In this document: in pieces, positions 40,041 to 52,409 of the stretch
Layout of the letters: every line of letters starts with the position of its first letter
Numbering within the stretch: the stretch's first letter is position 1
Source of the DNA: Hydrolagus colliei
Lineage: Eukaryota
Assembly: GCA_035084275.1 (NCBI GenBank)
Contig: CM068757.1
Span: 2,728,001-2,792,000, forward strand
Direction: 5' to 3'
DNA length: 64,000 nucleotides
Notes under the pieces: model-generated
The model's input: the letters and a program-made list of their open reading frames with translations, nothing else
Database searches by the model: none
What the model was told of the DNA's origin: nothing
Made by a program: the position numbers and the translations under genes

Positions 40041-40386
40041 AATAATAATAATAATCACATTTGATGCAGCATTTTTCAGGTCTTCTAGATGTCTCAAAGT
40101 GGTTCCGAGAATATACTGTAAAATAAATTCATTATATTTGTTGTATGGACGAAATACAGAACCCAGTAGAGCTTTGGAGTGTCTAACAAACAGTTCTGGA
40201 TTGAGAATTCCTCTTGATGTGAAAGGCACTATAAAAGTGTAATTTTGTTGTTGTTATTCAATCCCCCCAAAATGTTTTGGATGGATTATTATCAGCCATG
40301 TGGAGTCGGGAAACGTGCCCAAGATTTTGCCCTGCCTGGAATCGAACTCAGGTCTCTCGCTTGCAAGGCGAGTGCTCTAACCATGG
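40041..40386 (-). mobile_element. SINE A copy interrupted by a + strand L2 tail (about 40200-40257)
   Basis: Reversed tail at 40041-40155, reversed tRNA head at 40283-40386, and gtgaaaggcactataaaagtgtaatttt(gtt)n between them. Confidence 0.8.
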
Positions 40387-41565
40387 AATGAAAAAATTCT
40401 GATTTTGTTGAACATTTATCTTATGGTTACATATGCTTATATGTGCCCGCCCACCCCACCCCCCACCCACAACGTAAAATGTTCCTGCACCTATGGTTGT
40501 GCCCTCGCTAATGCTCTTGTTTTCATTGTCAGTGATGCCATGTCAGACCCACTCCGTTGCTTTTCTGCCAAAAATTTACTCAGACAGACTTCCTGAAAGT
40601 CTCATTGACAGTGACTTGGCCCTTTCTGGAGTCAAACCGGGGGCAATTTCTCTCCCCCCACCAATCACAGTCTGAGTACAATCTACCTCCCTGGGCAGGT
40701 GCTTTGTTTGCCTGTAGCTAGAATGTTTTCTGAGAGCATGACTTTGCAACTGAATCATATCAAATGGATTTGTGCGCTTGTATTATTCATTGTCTTTAAT
40801 CAGGCTAAACCTCATCGTATAATTGAGGTTGCCAGAGTGCAGCTCAAGGTACAGAACCAAGAACAAGGCAAAAGAAGTGTTTTAAAAGAACACTTCGAAA
40901 AGCAATTATGTGGAATCATCTCACAGCGGATGATACGACAACAAAGCACGATGTTTCTGTGCTTATTGAAGCATATTTTATGGTTGTTTCAGGGACGACA
41001 AAGGTTAGGAAGGACTAACCAGGACAAAGCACTGTCATTATGAAAGAGTAAAAATCCATTCATGTGAATTATTACAATGTTCATTTCCTCCAACAAATCC
41101 CTTGTTTGTTTCAAGCTGCTCAGCACTACAGAGCATAGCCCTTCCTTTGAAATCCCAGGATTCAAACATTGAACAATATCCTATGAATAATTAGGATTTA
41201 AATGTGTCTGACATCTAAGAAAGGAAGTTTGTTCTGTGTGAAGTTTTGTCACTGTCTTGAATGTTTAGGTGAACCGTGCATATTCTCATGCTACCTGGAA
41301 AGCATAATACTTCAATGAATATTTGGTATAAGTGACTGTACAAGGAAGTGTCCTCCACTAGTTTCTCCAATTGGTGGCACAGTGGATTATCTCATTTAAA
41401 AGTTTGCTATTATTTGTGAATCTGACTGTGCATTCCTTTCAGGTCAAAACCCGCTAAAATACAGCAACTTGTGTTCACGCCGAATTTATGTTCATTTCCC
41501 CTATCATTTTGCGCTGGTTAAACGTTGAGTTGGCGGTGGATTCTGAAAGTGGGTTACACACTATT

Positions 41566-41892
41566 AATAGTAATAATAATAAACCCAGCAGTTGATATAG
41601 CGCTTTTCAAATCATATCGACCTCAGAAAGCGCTTCACAGAATATACTGTCGAGTGAATTGACTGTATATTTGTGGGCAAAACGCAGCAGCCAATTGCGC
41701 AGAGCAGTGTCCCACAAACAGTCGTGGATTTAAATGACCAATTTTTATTATTGTGTTTTTTTTTTGAGGGATTATCATTAGGCATGTGGAGTAAGGAAAC
41801 TCGCCCAAGGTTTCGCCCTGAACCTGCCTGGATTCGAATACGGGTCTCACTCTTGTAAGGCGAGTGCTCTAACCACTGAGCTACAGGAGCTC
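41566..41892 (-). mobile_element. tRNA-derived SINE A, full length, with target-site duplication
   Basis: Minus strand GAGCTCCTGTAGCTCAGTGGTTAGAGCACTCGCCTTACAAG...GTATTCGAATCC, flanked by CACTATT at 41559-41565 and 41893-41899. Confidence 0.93.
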
Positions 41893-44800
41893 CACTATTG
41901 ATTATATCTGAAAGATTTGTTTTCTCTCATGTAACACTGCCGAACCCATTTTCTAGACCTGCGGTCAGAAGGGGCAGAAGGAAGCCAAAGGGGCTTTCTT
42001 TAGATTTATTGATCCGGTTGAATTAAGTGAACACAAGGATTGAATGACGGGAAGCCAGGTAGTCGATCCTCTTTGAGGTCATTAGGTTTTTGACCTCCAG
42101 TAATAAAGAGACACCGGCAGACAGAACAAATGAGAAAAGAGAAATCCATTTACAAGTGACCTCCAATTGAGATTGCACATGGACAGGGATTGAGTTTGGG
42201 CTGTCAGGCTCTGCGTTTCATTTTCCTTTCCTTTCCATTGACTGCAATCACATAATCCCATTTCCTTCTCCGAAGAATTGTGAAAGCAGAAAACTCAGGT
42301 ATAGGATTATTATTTCATCAGTCATTTTTTTAAAAAAATGACCCTAGTAAGATCCGGAGAGAAAATAAAATAACTGGCCTGGTTATATCACTCCACTGCA
42401 GTTCTGTCCTAAATCTCTTATCTGCAGGAGATTGTTGCTTTGAGGACTGTGAGAGTCTTAACATTGGTAGAGAAATAATACTCTCCGCATTTAAGGACTA
42501 CTGCGAAGAAAATGAAGAGTGCTGTGGTTTCTACAGTGAGAAGATTTTATGGCGCTAATGTCAAAGTGATAGTTACTGTGATGTGTACACAGATGATTCA
42601 TGCTGGGACCAGTGGTTTGTGGAAAATGAACCACTAGCAAATTCTGCTTAGATGGATGATTTATGGCTTGAATCCAGAGCAGATGCGACATGCTTGATTT
42701 TCTAAAAATCGACTGTTTTCCTTAAGCAAAGTGCATTTGCTACTTACTGGCAGTCTTATTAATGCAGCTTCCGAAAGAGCGTGAGGAATATTCCACGAGC
42801 CACAGTGGGAAATAAAAATTGGGAAGTTGGTCAATCACTATCTGAAAATGGGTAAATATTTCAGGCACAACTGTTCATCTGAACTGGCACAATCAGATTG
42901 AAAGACTACTTTAATATGACTGGAGAGGACAAGAAAACCGACGGGCGGAAGAATGATAGGCGAGGAATTCAATTGTACGATTGATTGAAAATCGTTTTTT
43001 GTCAAATTGACAAAACAGCGTTATTTTCTTCTGGCGTGAAATTCGTGAAACAAAACTGGAGATGTTCTCTCAAATCCCTAAAAATTCAAAAGTTCTTGAA
43101 TCTTTTGTTCAAAGTCAAAACATTCCTGTGGTTCAGAGAGGCAGCATAATGTTGTGATGAACCTCTGTGTGCTTGATATTTTGCTTTTTGTTGTATCACA
43201 ATTGTTATATGGTAATGTATCATGTGCACTGTTGCTGCTGTGTCCAATTGTATAGTTTAAATCTGCTAATAAAAATGCACTTAGCTGTGAGTGAACAGGT
43301 CCCTTTGTGCAAGGAAACAATTCCACAGTTTGAGTCCCTTTATTATTTCAGACCTCCATTTCCACTGTCAAATGCTCTCAAAGCCTTCGTTAACGCTATA
43401 ATTGTGAAGCCTAAATGGAGAAATTATTAAAGAGGCAAATATAGATTTTCATGCCATTTGGAATTGGGATAGTTTTGTAGAATTAGCACCTTGTTTCTTG
43501 CTTTTATTTTATTATATGCCTCAGATTTGTACTAGTGCAGTGATAAACCTTATCTTTGGAATGAAAGTGTGTGTATTTATGACGAATGTTCAATGGTGAA
43601 TAATAGTTCGCCCCTCAATCAGTCCATATCAATTATTGTGGTTTCAATACGCTTGCCATTTTTGGGGTGGTTCAGTTAACAGTTCTTAAAATGTGATTTG
43701 TTGCTGGGAACTCTAAATTTACTGCAAATGATGGATGAAGTGTCTGAAACCCTCTCCTGAAATGAAGTCCAGCCTGTATAACAATTTATTGCATTACTTA
43801 AAAGGGACTTTTATTCCAATGGCCACATGATTTGCTTGAAGGAACTGGAAAATATGACGCATCTTTCCTGCAGTACCAGCTTAACTTGTGCTTTATATGA
43901 GTCAGAGCACAGAGAGCGCAAGGCTTTAATATGTCTCGCTTTGTACAGTTGAAGTCAGTTTAGCATACATAAAATTCTGCATGTCTAGTTCTAATCAGAG
44001 CATCCAATTCGACTAGTTCTATGATTGGTATTAATAGAGAAGAAGACCTTTATCTCTTAGGACACAGTTAATGTTTCATTCTTAAATGCCATCGCAAACT
44101 GAATTAAATCTGTGATCAGAACTATGTTGAAAGCATCCCTATGGTTTGTAGCAGTGCTTGATGTTAGGAAAAATAACAAAGAGGAAACAGCCATTTCACA
44201 AATTCTTGGACAGAACCACCATTTTCACTTTAACTGCGATTCAACTGGCTCGAGACTGAAGTAGACCGAACTGAGACTCAGCTAAGACAGCTGCCCAATT
44301 CTGATGTTGTTTTTGGCTGCGGGTGTAGCCCTGCAATAGGTGGATATTTTTATTCCGATTTAACAGAATAGTGGAGGGAAAAATTTCTATTTTTCAACCG
44401 CAAAAGTAAAACGCTAGGGAGGGGCCTGTTGGTTCTCAGGAATATTGGCAAAAGGTTTCAGTGTCTTTCAATATTTCTCCCCTTTCGTCAGCAACATATC
44501 AGCTGTGTAAGAATTCCACTTGAGATGGTTCAACCCAGCTGACCTTTTCTGTGATTGAGAAGTTAATATCTTAGTCAATAGTTTGCACATATTTAGATTG
44601 ATGTGCGTAATTTTCAACTCATGATAAAATAATCAATTCTCGCCACCAAGGTGATTTGATGTAAGTTGGTGAATTTCACTTGACAGCCAATGATTTGATC
44701 AAAGGCAGTGAAGTCATCATTTAGGGAGAAATTCTATGGGGATCCAGTTTGACACTATTTTCAAAGCACACCCAATTAGGCAGAATTTGTAATTCAGTCT

Positions 44801-45002
44801 TCATTTTTAACCCATTTTTCACTAACACTTTGAAGAAAACAGTTAATGTTAAGCCTGATTGCAACAAAATGCCAAATACTGGATTCTCTGAAATGTTGAA
44901 ATAAGAAGGTTGAGTAAATCTAGGCCCTGATGGAATTTCTCCCTCAATGTGCCTTAGATTGCAGATCTTCAATATTGGGCTGTTGCTCCAAATCAAGTCC
45001 TA

Positions 45003-45313
45003 GAGTCCTGTAGCTCAGTGGTTAGAGCACTTGCCTTGCAAGTGAGAGACCCGAGTTCAATTCCAGGTAAAATTCCAGGCAGGGCGAACTTTGGGCAAGT
45101 TTCCTTACTCCGCATGTCTGATAATAATCCTTTTAAAAAAAATTATTTGTTGTTTCAATCCACGACTGTTTGTGGGACACGCTGTGTGCAATTGGCTTCT
45201 GCAATTCGCCCACAAATATATAGTCAATTCACTTTACAGTACATTCAAGCGCTTTGAGACATCGAGAAGACTTGAAAATGCGCTATATCAAATGCAAGGA
45301 TTATTGTTATTAT
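45003..45313 (+). mobile_element. tRNA-derived SINE A, full length
   Basis: Intact A box TAGCTCAGTGG and B box GAGTTCAATTCC, TGC anticodon-like loop, body and tail. Confidence 0.93.
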
Positions 45314-45364
45314 TTCATAGAAGGCTCACGCTTTTCAGTAAATGAAGAATTGAGTTTGAATTTC

Positions 45365-45705
45365 ATTCTGAAGCAAAAACCGAACACTCAGCAGGTTAGG
45401 CTGCATTTATTGGAGAAAGGAAAGTGAGTCAATGTTTCAGGTCCTTCATCAGAACTGGAGCATGTTCAGAGGGAGAGATTTTAAGGACTATCAAAGAGGG
45501 AGAAGGCAGGGCAAGGAAGACAGAGGAGAAAATGGGATAGAGGAGAGAGAGTGATGGGTTAAAGAGCTGTTAATGGTGCAACAAAAGGGGGGATTGCGAC
45601 AAAACGTTGGGAAAAAGGTGTTAATAATGCAAAGCAAAGTGGTGTGGTGGGTAGGGTGGTGGTGTGGAACAGAACAGACAGACCAGAGAGAGGAAAGGTG
45701 TGTCT
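45365..45705 (-). mobile_element. Penelope-type terminal-repeat remnant with pyrimidine-rich upstream segment
   Basis: Minus strand ccagttctgatgaaggacctgaaacattgactc...tgcagcctaacctgctgagtgttcggtttttg, homologous to 22704-22856. Confidence 0.55.
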
Positions 45706-46999
45706 GGGATCTAGAATTTAATTCTTAAATTTCATACTTTTCATTTCATGAGGAGAGATGTATCTTGCGTTCCAGCAAAGTTGCTTACTCTCTGACTCTA
45801 GATTCACTTTGTTCCCTTTTCTATGTTTGCTTTATAATAGATGAATTTTCTCAGAAAAGGCCCTACCCAATTTCTGCAGTTTGGCTACGGTTCTCCATAT
45901 TAAAATTCACGGGTGCACGTCTATTTCTCTTCCAACAAATTGCTCATATTTATTATTGTGGCAAAATGAGGAATTGAATTTGAAATGAGCTTTTTATTTC
46001 CTTGCCTTTCTGCTGCTGACTACGAAACGTGCAGAAATCAACTATGTGATGGGCGCACAAAGCGATAGTTGCCGTGTCACTTCAAGTCTGGATCACAGCT
46101 TGTTCTGGCGAAGAAAAATATAGATCAGAGGCAAGAGTCTGTTTACTTTTTAACATGAAACTGTAAAATTCCAATTCAAATGATTATCCAAATTCTTTGT
46201 GCTGTGAGAGAGTGAATGGGAACCTGGACGTCCATTACAGATCTATCGGATTCCTCATTAAGATAGCTTTGGAGTCTTACTCTTCTGAACTAAACTGTCA
46301 CCCACATAATCTGAGGTATGAAAGTAATGCTAGTATTGATATGCTTTTACATTTATTTGTATTAAAAAAAGTTTCTCTGTTTGAAAACTGCTGCTTATAC
46401 ACACAGAGAGCAGCCCTTTGGATCTGACGCGAAAACATTTTGGCTGTTATATAGACGTGTAAAGAGACAGCATTTTGTTAAACTGTTTTATCTAACTGTA
46501 ATGATTTGAAGGATGAAGCATCATTGAGCATGTGTCTTACCTAGCGATATCTGCATTTTATACCCATAAAAGATGGATTTGCTACAAAAGAACTGTATCA
46601 CATTTAATTCATAACAAATGAGATGAGATTTTCTTCTTCTCATTTTCCAAGATTATTGACCTTCCTGACATTTCAGAAGTTCATGGTAATTGTAATTTTA
46701 TTCAGTAACTAGAAGTTTCTATTTTGGAGTGTATGTCCTCATTAGGGTGAAGGATGACAGGGCTGGGAAATGAAATGGTTTTCCATTTTTCACCCAAAAT
46801 AAACTGTGTGGAGGATGGATTTCTTCAAGGTCTGTAATACAGGCTGGCCGAGACACCCTTTATATTCCCATCAACATATTCTAAACCTCGACCTGAGAAT
46901 ACACCGATATAATATAGTGCCATTATGATATGCTTTTTTTTGTTGTGAGAGATGCATGGACTGTGGAGACCCAATATGGCAACAAAAAACACACACTTC

Positions 47000-47260
47000 A
47001 TGCAAAGAACAAAGGGAAATAAACTATGAGACAGAAAGCAGGTATTTATTTACACAGAGAACAACTTCCACTTGGAAAGTTCCCTCCAAGCAGGGTAATG
47101 TCTCAGAGTGCTTTAAAAGTGGTTGAACCTTTATGCTGTAAAAGCCAAGCCGTTGAGGGGGAGAAGATGATTGTTCGAAAAGAAAGGTTTTCAGGCAGGA
47201 CTTGATAAAAGTGGGGAGAGGGGCAAGGCAGAGGAATTGAAGAACAGTTTACTGGGATGG
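47000..47260. mobile_element. Decayed CR1 (+) and L2 (-) fragments
   Basis: tatttacacagaga...ttggaaagttccctcc resembles CR1 FTQR..WN.LP; gaaaggttttcaggcaggacttga...ggggagaggggcaagg resembles the reversed L2 end. Confidence 0.45.
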
Positions 47261-47267
47261 TTTAGGT

Positions 47268-47400
47268 AATAATAACAATACTATAATAATAATCGTTGCA
47301 TTTGATATAGCGCTTTTCATATCTTTTTTATAGACTCTCAAAGCGCTTCACAGAATATACTGTAAAGTGAATTGACTGTATATATGTGGGTGAAATGAGG
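47268..47400 (-). mobile_element. SINE A 3' fragment
   Basis: (aat)n-cgttgcatttgatatagcgcttttca...aagcgcttcacagaatatactgtaaagtgaattgactg. Confidence 0.88.
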
Positions 47401-48528
47401 ACGTTTGACTCATTTTTTTTTAAAAAGGATGAAAAGAATGCATGAAATTTTAATGGGAAGACATCGGGATTGTTTTGAGTGTAGCCAGCTTCAAGGCCTG
47501 TACCAAGAGTGCTCTGTGATCAGCTCTCAGGACCAAGGCTGTTTCGCCCACAGTTTTCCATTTTCCCTGGTGGAATCCATTTCACAATAGACCCTTTTAG
47601 CCAGTGGAGAGCGGGATTTTCATTCCATCAATCTAGGCTTGAATTGCCTGAGGACTGGCAGGCCAGCTCTCGCTCTCCATCCCACCAAACCATCAAGTCC
47701 TTTCAGTTTTCTTTATTACCCCTCAATTCTTTTTAAAATGCACTATTTTATTGTTACAGATTTACAACCCATTTCTAAGTGGTTTTTCACGACTTGCTGT
47801 TTGAACGTTTCACTTTGCAGAAAATCACAAGGTTTTCATAATACAGTACCATAGAATTGAAACCTAAGAAAGTAGGATTTTGAAAAGCTGCCTAGCTTCA
47901 CCTTGTCACTTACATTCAGGTTTAAGACTCACTAATAAATAAGAGTTTGTGCAACATAGTTTCAGAGCTGCACTATGCTGGTTGAATTGGAAGTGAAGAT
48001 TACTATTGCACTTAAGTAACTTTCTTGCAGTGTTAATGCGGACATTGTTAGTGAATCGATTGGGTTATTTTTTAGGGCTGGAGTTATTTTCATAGCAGAA
48101 TTTTTTTTCAGACAAGGTGATTTTTCTAGTGACCTGTACATTCTCCACATTAACCTTGATAGAGGCTGGCGCTTGCATTCACATAGCTCAGCCTCTTACC
48201 TGTATGCGGTTACCATACTTGCAGTTTCTCTCAAAGGAAAATTCCTTTCAAAGAAAATTCACACAGTTCTCGTGGATATGTGCTTTCCACGCTCACAGGT
48301 AAGTAAGAGTATTTTCACATCCTAGTTTAGACATGAGAAAAGTTGGGAGGCATGAAAACATTTAGTCAAATTTCGATACCCCTGTCTTCTCCCAACATTT
48401 TATTGTGAACCCGCTAAATTTACCATGACTGTTCTGTGACTTTTAACTTTTTTTAAAAAAATGCTGTACTATATCTACAGCCCTAGTTATTGTATATTCC
48501 TCCCAATATGGTCAAACAGTTTCTCCAC

Positions 48529-48964
48529 AATAATACTCATCCTTGCATTTGATATATTGCATTTCGCCTACAAATATACAGTCAATTCACTTTACAGTAT
48601 ATTCTGTGAAGCGCTTTGAGACATCAATAAAATGTGAAAAGCACGATATCAAATGCAAGAATGATTATTATTACAGCACTTTTCATATCTTCTACACGTC
48701 TCAAAGCGCTTCACAGAATGTACTGTAAAGTGAATTGACTATATATTTGTGGGCGAAGCGCGGCAGCCAAATGCGCACAGCAGTGTCCCACAACAGTCAT
48801 GGATTGAAATTACCAATTTTATTGTAGGTGTTTTGGGGGAATGGATTATTATTAGGCGTGTGGAATAAGGAAACTTGCCCAAGGTTTCGCCCTGACCTCC
48901 CTGGATTTGAAACGCAGGTCTCACACTTGTAAGACTGCCGCTCTAACCACTGAGCTACAGGACT
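48529..48964 (-). mobile_element. Full-length SINE A with an opposite-strand SINE tail nested in its own tail (about 48557-48673)
   Basis: ccttgcatttgatata [+ strand 3' fragment ending attattatta] cagcacttttca..., continuing to the reversed head aaccactgagctacaggac. Confidence 0.9.
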
Positions 48965-50567
48965 TCAGTCCCCAGCACATTTTATTTCAGGACAAACTTT
49001 TTTTGGGGTTCTTTTTTAAGTCCAGGTTATTAAAGCACAATGAATTATTGGTGATCAGGTTTGTTAATAATATAATAATAATATAATTTGCATCCATCGC
49101 AGATACTAATCCCTGTTGGTAATTTTGTCATTATTGTGCTAATTGAAATGTAGATTTCTTGTTGGTTCCTGTACGCTTGCTCCTGCTGTGAAACAGCCAG
49201 CATGTTCCTTGTTACAATAGTTTGTTAACATCTGCTTCCCTTTCATTAGTGTAATGACATAAGCATCTCTTTGTTCAGCTGCTTTTAAAGGAATAATCAA
49301 GGCTGTTAGTGTTTGTCTGTGAGGTTAAAAGTCTTTCATTTGGATTTTATTGAAGAAAAATGACACTTTTCCCCTTCCATTCTCAGAATGTTGATCCTAA
49401 ATCCTGATAGGAGTGATCAATGGTGTCAGTGGTGGAAAAACTGCCCTCCTTCCACATTTTTAATTAACTGTGATTTATTTTTTACCCAGTGAAATCTCTC
49501 ACTTTAATCTAGGAGTGAGCTATTTAGACCCTAATTTTAAGGAATGGTCATGTTTGACAAGCTTTGAACATCCAATCTGTGGTCATCTGCAAGCCCTTAG
49601 TGCTGGAGGATGAATTTCAAAGACGTTTTGACTATGTCGATGCCTATTTTTTGTTCTTCGAGTGACTCTTGAGTTCGTATAACCGTAGTCTCGGGCTTGC
49701 CAGTGTAAATTGGATCTACGCTTTGTTCGGGTCCTAGAGCTTTGCGGCAATAAGAATCATCCACATTTCCTCTGACCAAAAAAATAATATCTAGCTCTTT
49801 CTGTTTTTCCACCATGAGTTACAATGTTATATCTGATCAAAGCTTAAAACTTGTGAGTTTTAGCAACTTGCCAGCTGTGTTCAGGTAATCAAGTTTGATT
49901 CTGCCCCCTTTAAATGTACAGTAACTAAATCTTAAATCTTGTATTGGCAGCTCGGGAACTGATTCTTGATGCTTTTAGTATTTTTAAAAAACAACATTTT
50001 GATCATTCACAATTTTTCATCGTGGGAGAAAGTTTGATCCTTGCTGGTGATATTGGTTACTGCTGCCTCCACTTTTATTGCAGAGGAGGCGTCACAAATT
50101 GAAGCAAGGGGATTGGGTCAGCCCAGGAGTCTTGACTCCATCCAGTAGCTTAATATTTGTTATGCATTTGTAGATAAGAGAGAGTGAATTCAATGGAGGT
50201 GAGGTGAGGTGTGGGAGGGATGGGGGGGAAGGAGGATTCAACGATAAAGAGCGAAAGCCCTACCACAAGAATTCAGCTGGTATTAAGGCAAAAAGGCATT
50301 GGAATCAGAAATGGGAGCTGGGAGGTTGAATGTCGCAGGGAGTTTTATTTTAAAGGCCATTAGCTCTTTGGAATAGTTTTTGACAGATAGACCACAAAGG
50401 TGTTCCTTTCGTTACAGCATAAATCATAAGCTAATGGAGATGCCTTGTTTGTAGAATCCTCTGCACATACATTTGGCTTGAAAGCCAAAGCGAATGCCAT
50501 GCGGACGGAATTTTGTGACGCTGTGTTTGCGGTCATGATAAATGCATTGTTTCTATGCTGCTACTTG

Positions 50568-50643
50568 GTGGTGGGAGGTGGGGGGGGGGGGGGGTGGTGC
50601 GGGAGGAGGGGGCTGGGGTGTGGGGGGGGGGGGGGGGGTGGGA
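50568..50643 (+). repeat. G-rich tract with multiple long G runs (G-quadruplex-capable)
   Basis: Two runs of more than 13 G plus several G3-G5 runs, ending about 107 nt upstream of the 141-nt exon. Confidence 0.8.
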
Positions 50644-50749
50644 AGAGAATCATAAGGAACGTCAGGTTTTGTGGAATGTGAAATTAATGTGGCTCCCTCC
50701 CTTTTATGTCTTGTGTTTGTGTGTTTTTTTCTCTCTCTCTGCGAGACAG

Positions 50750-50890
50750 ATGTTGATGAATGTGCCGAAGGCATCATCCAGTGCCACAGTCACGCCCGCT
50801 GTGTCAATTTACCAGGGTGGTATCACTGTGAGTGCAGGGCTGGTTACCACGACAACGGTAACTACTCATTCACCGGAGAGACCTGCATTG
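50750..50890 (+). CDS. nell1: NELL1 internal coding exon (141 nt, phase 1-1), Ca-binding EGF5
   Basis: Acceptor (ct)n-gcgagacag|AT, donor ATTG|gtaagc. Translates (D)VDECAEGIIQCHSHARCVNLPGWYHCECRAGYHDNGNYSFTGETCI, with the NELL signature NLPGWYHCECR. Confidence 0.95.
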
Positions 50891-51002
50891 GTAAGCAATT
50901 AAGCGACAACAAAAAAAAAGCTGTCATTGGCATTAAGTTATTTTGCTCTATTAACTGCTATTGCCTTCCAGCACACCCAGCTCTGTGCTTGGTGGCTCCC
51001 TC

Positions 51003-51041
51003 TGTGTGAGTGTGCGTGTGCGTGCGTGCGCGTGCGTGCGT
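51003..51041 (+). repeat. Alternating purine-pyrimidine (TG/CG) tract
   Basis: tgtgtgagtgtgcgtgtgcgtgcgtgcgcgtgcgtgcg. Confidence 0.8.
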
Positions 51042-52034
51042 TTGACTCGGTGCAAAGGAACCAGAGAAAAGCAAAACAAAAACAGCACAAAAACAAAGTC
51101 GAGCATTGCTTCCTGCAGGCGAAAATAATGAAACTCGGAGGGACTTTTAAAGGAGCTTCAAAGTAATTTTACACACGGCCTGATTGCCAAGGGATTTGTT
51201 TTCAGTCTCTTCGTTCCACAAGATTTTAAATGGTATGAGGTCAGCGGTTGATTTCCAGGTGGATGGAAAGCCATGGAGAACCATCTCTTGGAAACTGATG
51301 TTTGGATCTCAAGAGTACCAACACCCTCGAGTGATGCAAATAATATGGGTGCTTGGGCTAGAACATGCCTGGTGGACAATTGAAGCCCCCAAAAAGCTCA
51401 ACATTGGAAGACCTTCCTACAGTAAATAGGCATTTGCCTCCTTAATACTTTTTGCTGAGTTATTTTTAGAACAAATGTCACACCTCCTTTCCTGACCAAG
51501 CTGTTATTTTTAAAGCCAGAAATCTTACTTTTTTTTCACCCCCTACCCCCAGTTTGAAGCCCATGCTCTCAGCACACAGAATCTGGACTTCAATGACTCA
51601 CAGAATTTCCCGTGAAGTGGAACAACTGTGTATTCTGCTCACAAATGACACTGGATTATTGTCAGTGGACAAAATAAAGGTCTCCCAAGGCACAGTTTAT
51701 TAGATATATAACAGAGATACCAAACCTACAGAGATGTAAACCCGCGTGGAAATTCTATTGTGTGTACAGATTGTGTCTGTGTCAGGCCACAATGGTAAAA
51801 ATTATTGAACTACAATATATGTTTTATATAAAAGGTCTTTGAACTGCAGGGACTTGGGTTGCAATCCAATCCAGGCCGAATCTTGATTTGGAACCACATT
51901 TTAGTGGAAAAAGGATTTCCCAAATGACAGTGATTTTTTTCAAAAAGCATCTTCCTTGACCAGGTTAAAATTTAAAGTTTAAGACAAAAATGGCGTCGCC
52001 AGCTCAGAATTGTGTAGACTGGATCGTTCTTAAA

Positions 52035-52409
52035 ATAATAACGCTTGGTGTATGTAGCCCCTTTCACATTGGGAGGAAGTCGCAGAGCGCTTCACAGAAT
52101 TTCCTGTGAAGTGGAGTAACTGTGTGTTTTGTAGGCAACTGTGGCAGCCGACTTTGTGCACAGTCCTGCCTCATTAAATTTGGTGGGATTGTTGGCTATG
52201 ACACTGGGAGAAATTCCATTCTCTTTTCCTAAGGTGCCATGGGATCTTTAACTTCTGCCTGAACAGCCAGAAAGAAGCTCATCTGAAGAAAAGCACCTTG
52301 GACAATACTGTATTAGAGAATCAAATTTTGACTATGTGAGTTCATGTCCTTTTGTAGGATGTGAACCCACAATCTTTGACTCAGAGAAATGCTACCACTG
52401 AGCTAGACT
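52035..52409 (-). mobile_element. Near full-length old Deu-domain SINE
   Basis: Reversed tail, ggtgccatgggatcttta...ctcatctgaagaaaagcacc (Deu domain) and reversed tRNA head tgaacccacaatctttgactcagagaaatgctaccactgagc. Confidence 0.75.

Noticed and set aside
42997-43015. TTTTGTCAA-A-TTGACAAAA palindrome
   Set aside because: A 9-bp AT-rich arm is plausible by chance in 64 kb, and there is no supporting context.
45003-45075. tRNA gene (A/B boxes, TGC anticodon-like loop)
   Set aside because: It has no proper acceptor stem and continues into the SINE body, as in all the other copies; it is a SINE head.
50671-51009. 112-aa ORF with an apparent signal peptide before an EGF domain
   Set aside because: The hydrophobic stretch is the translated polypyrimidine tract, the start codon is not ATG, and there is no promoter evidence.
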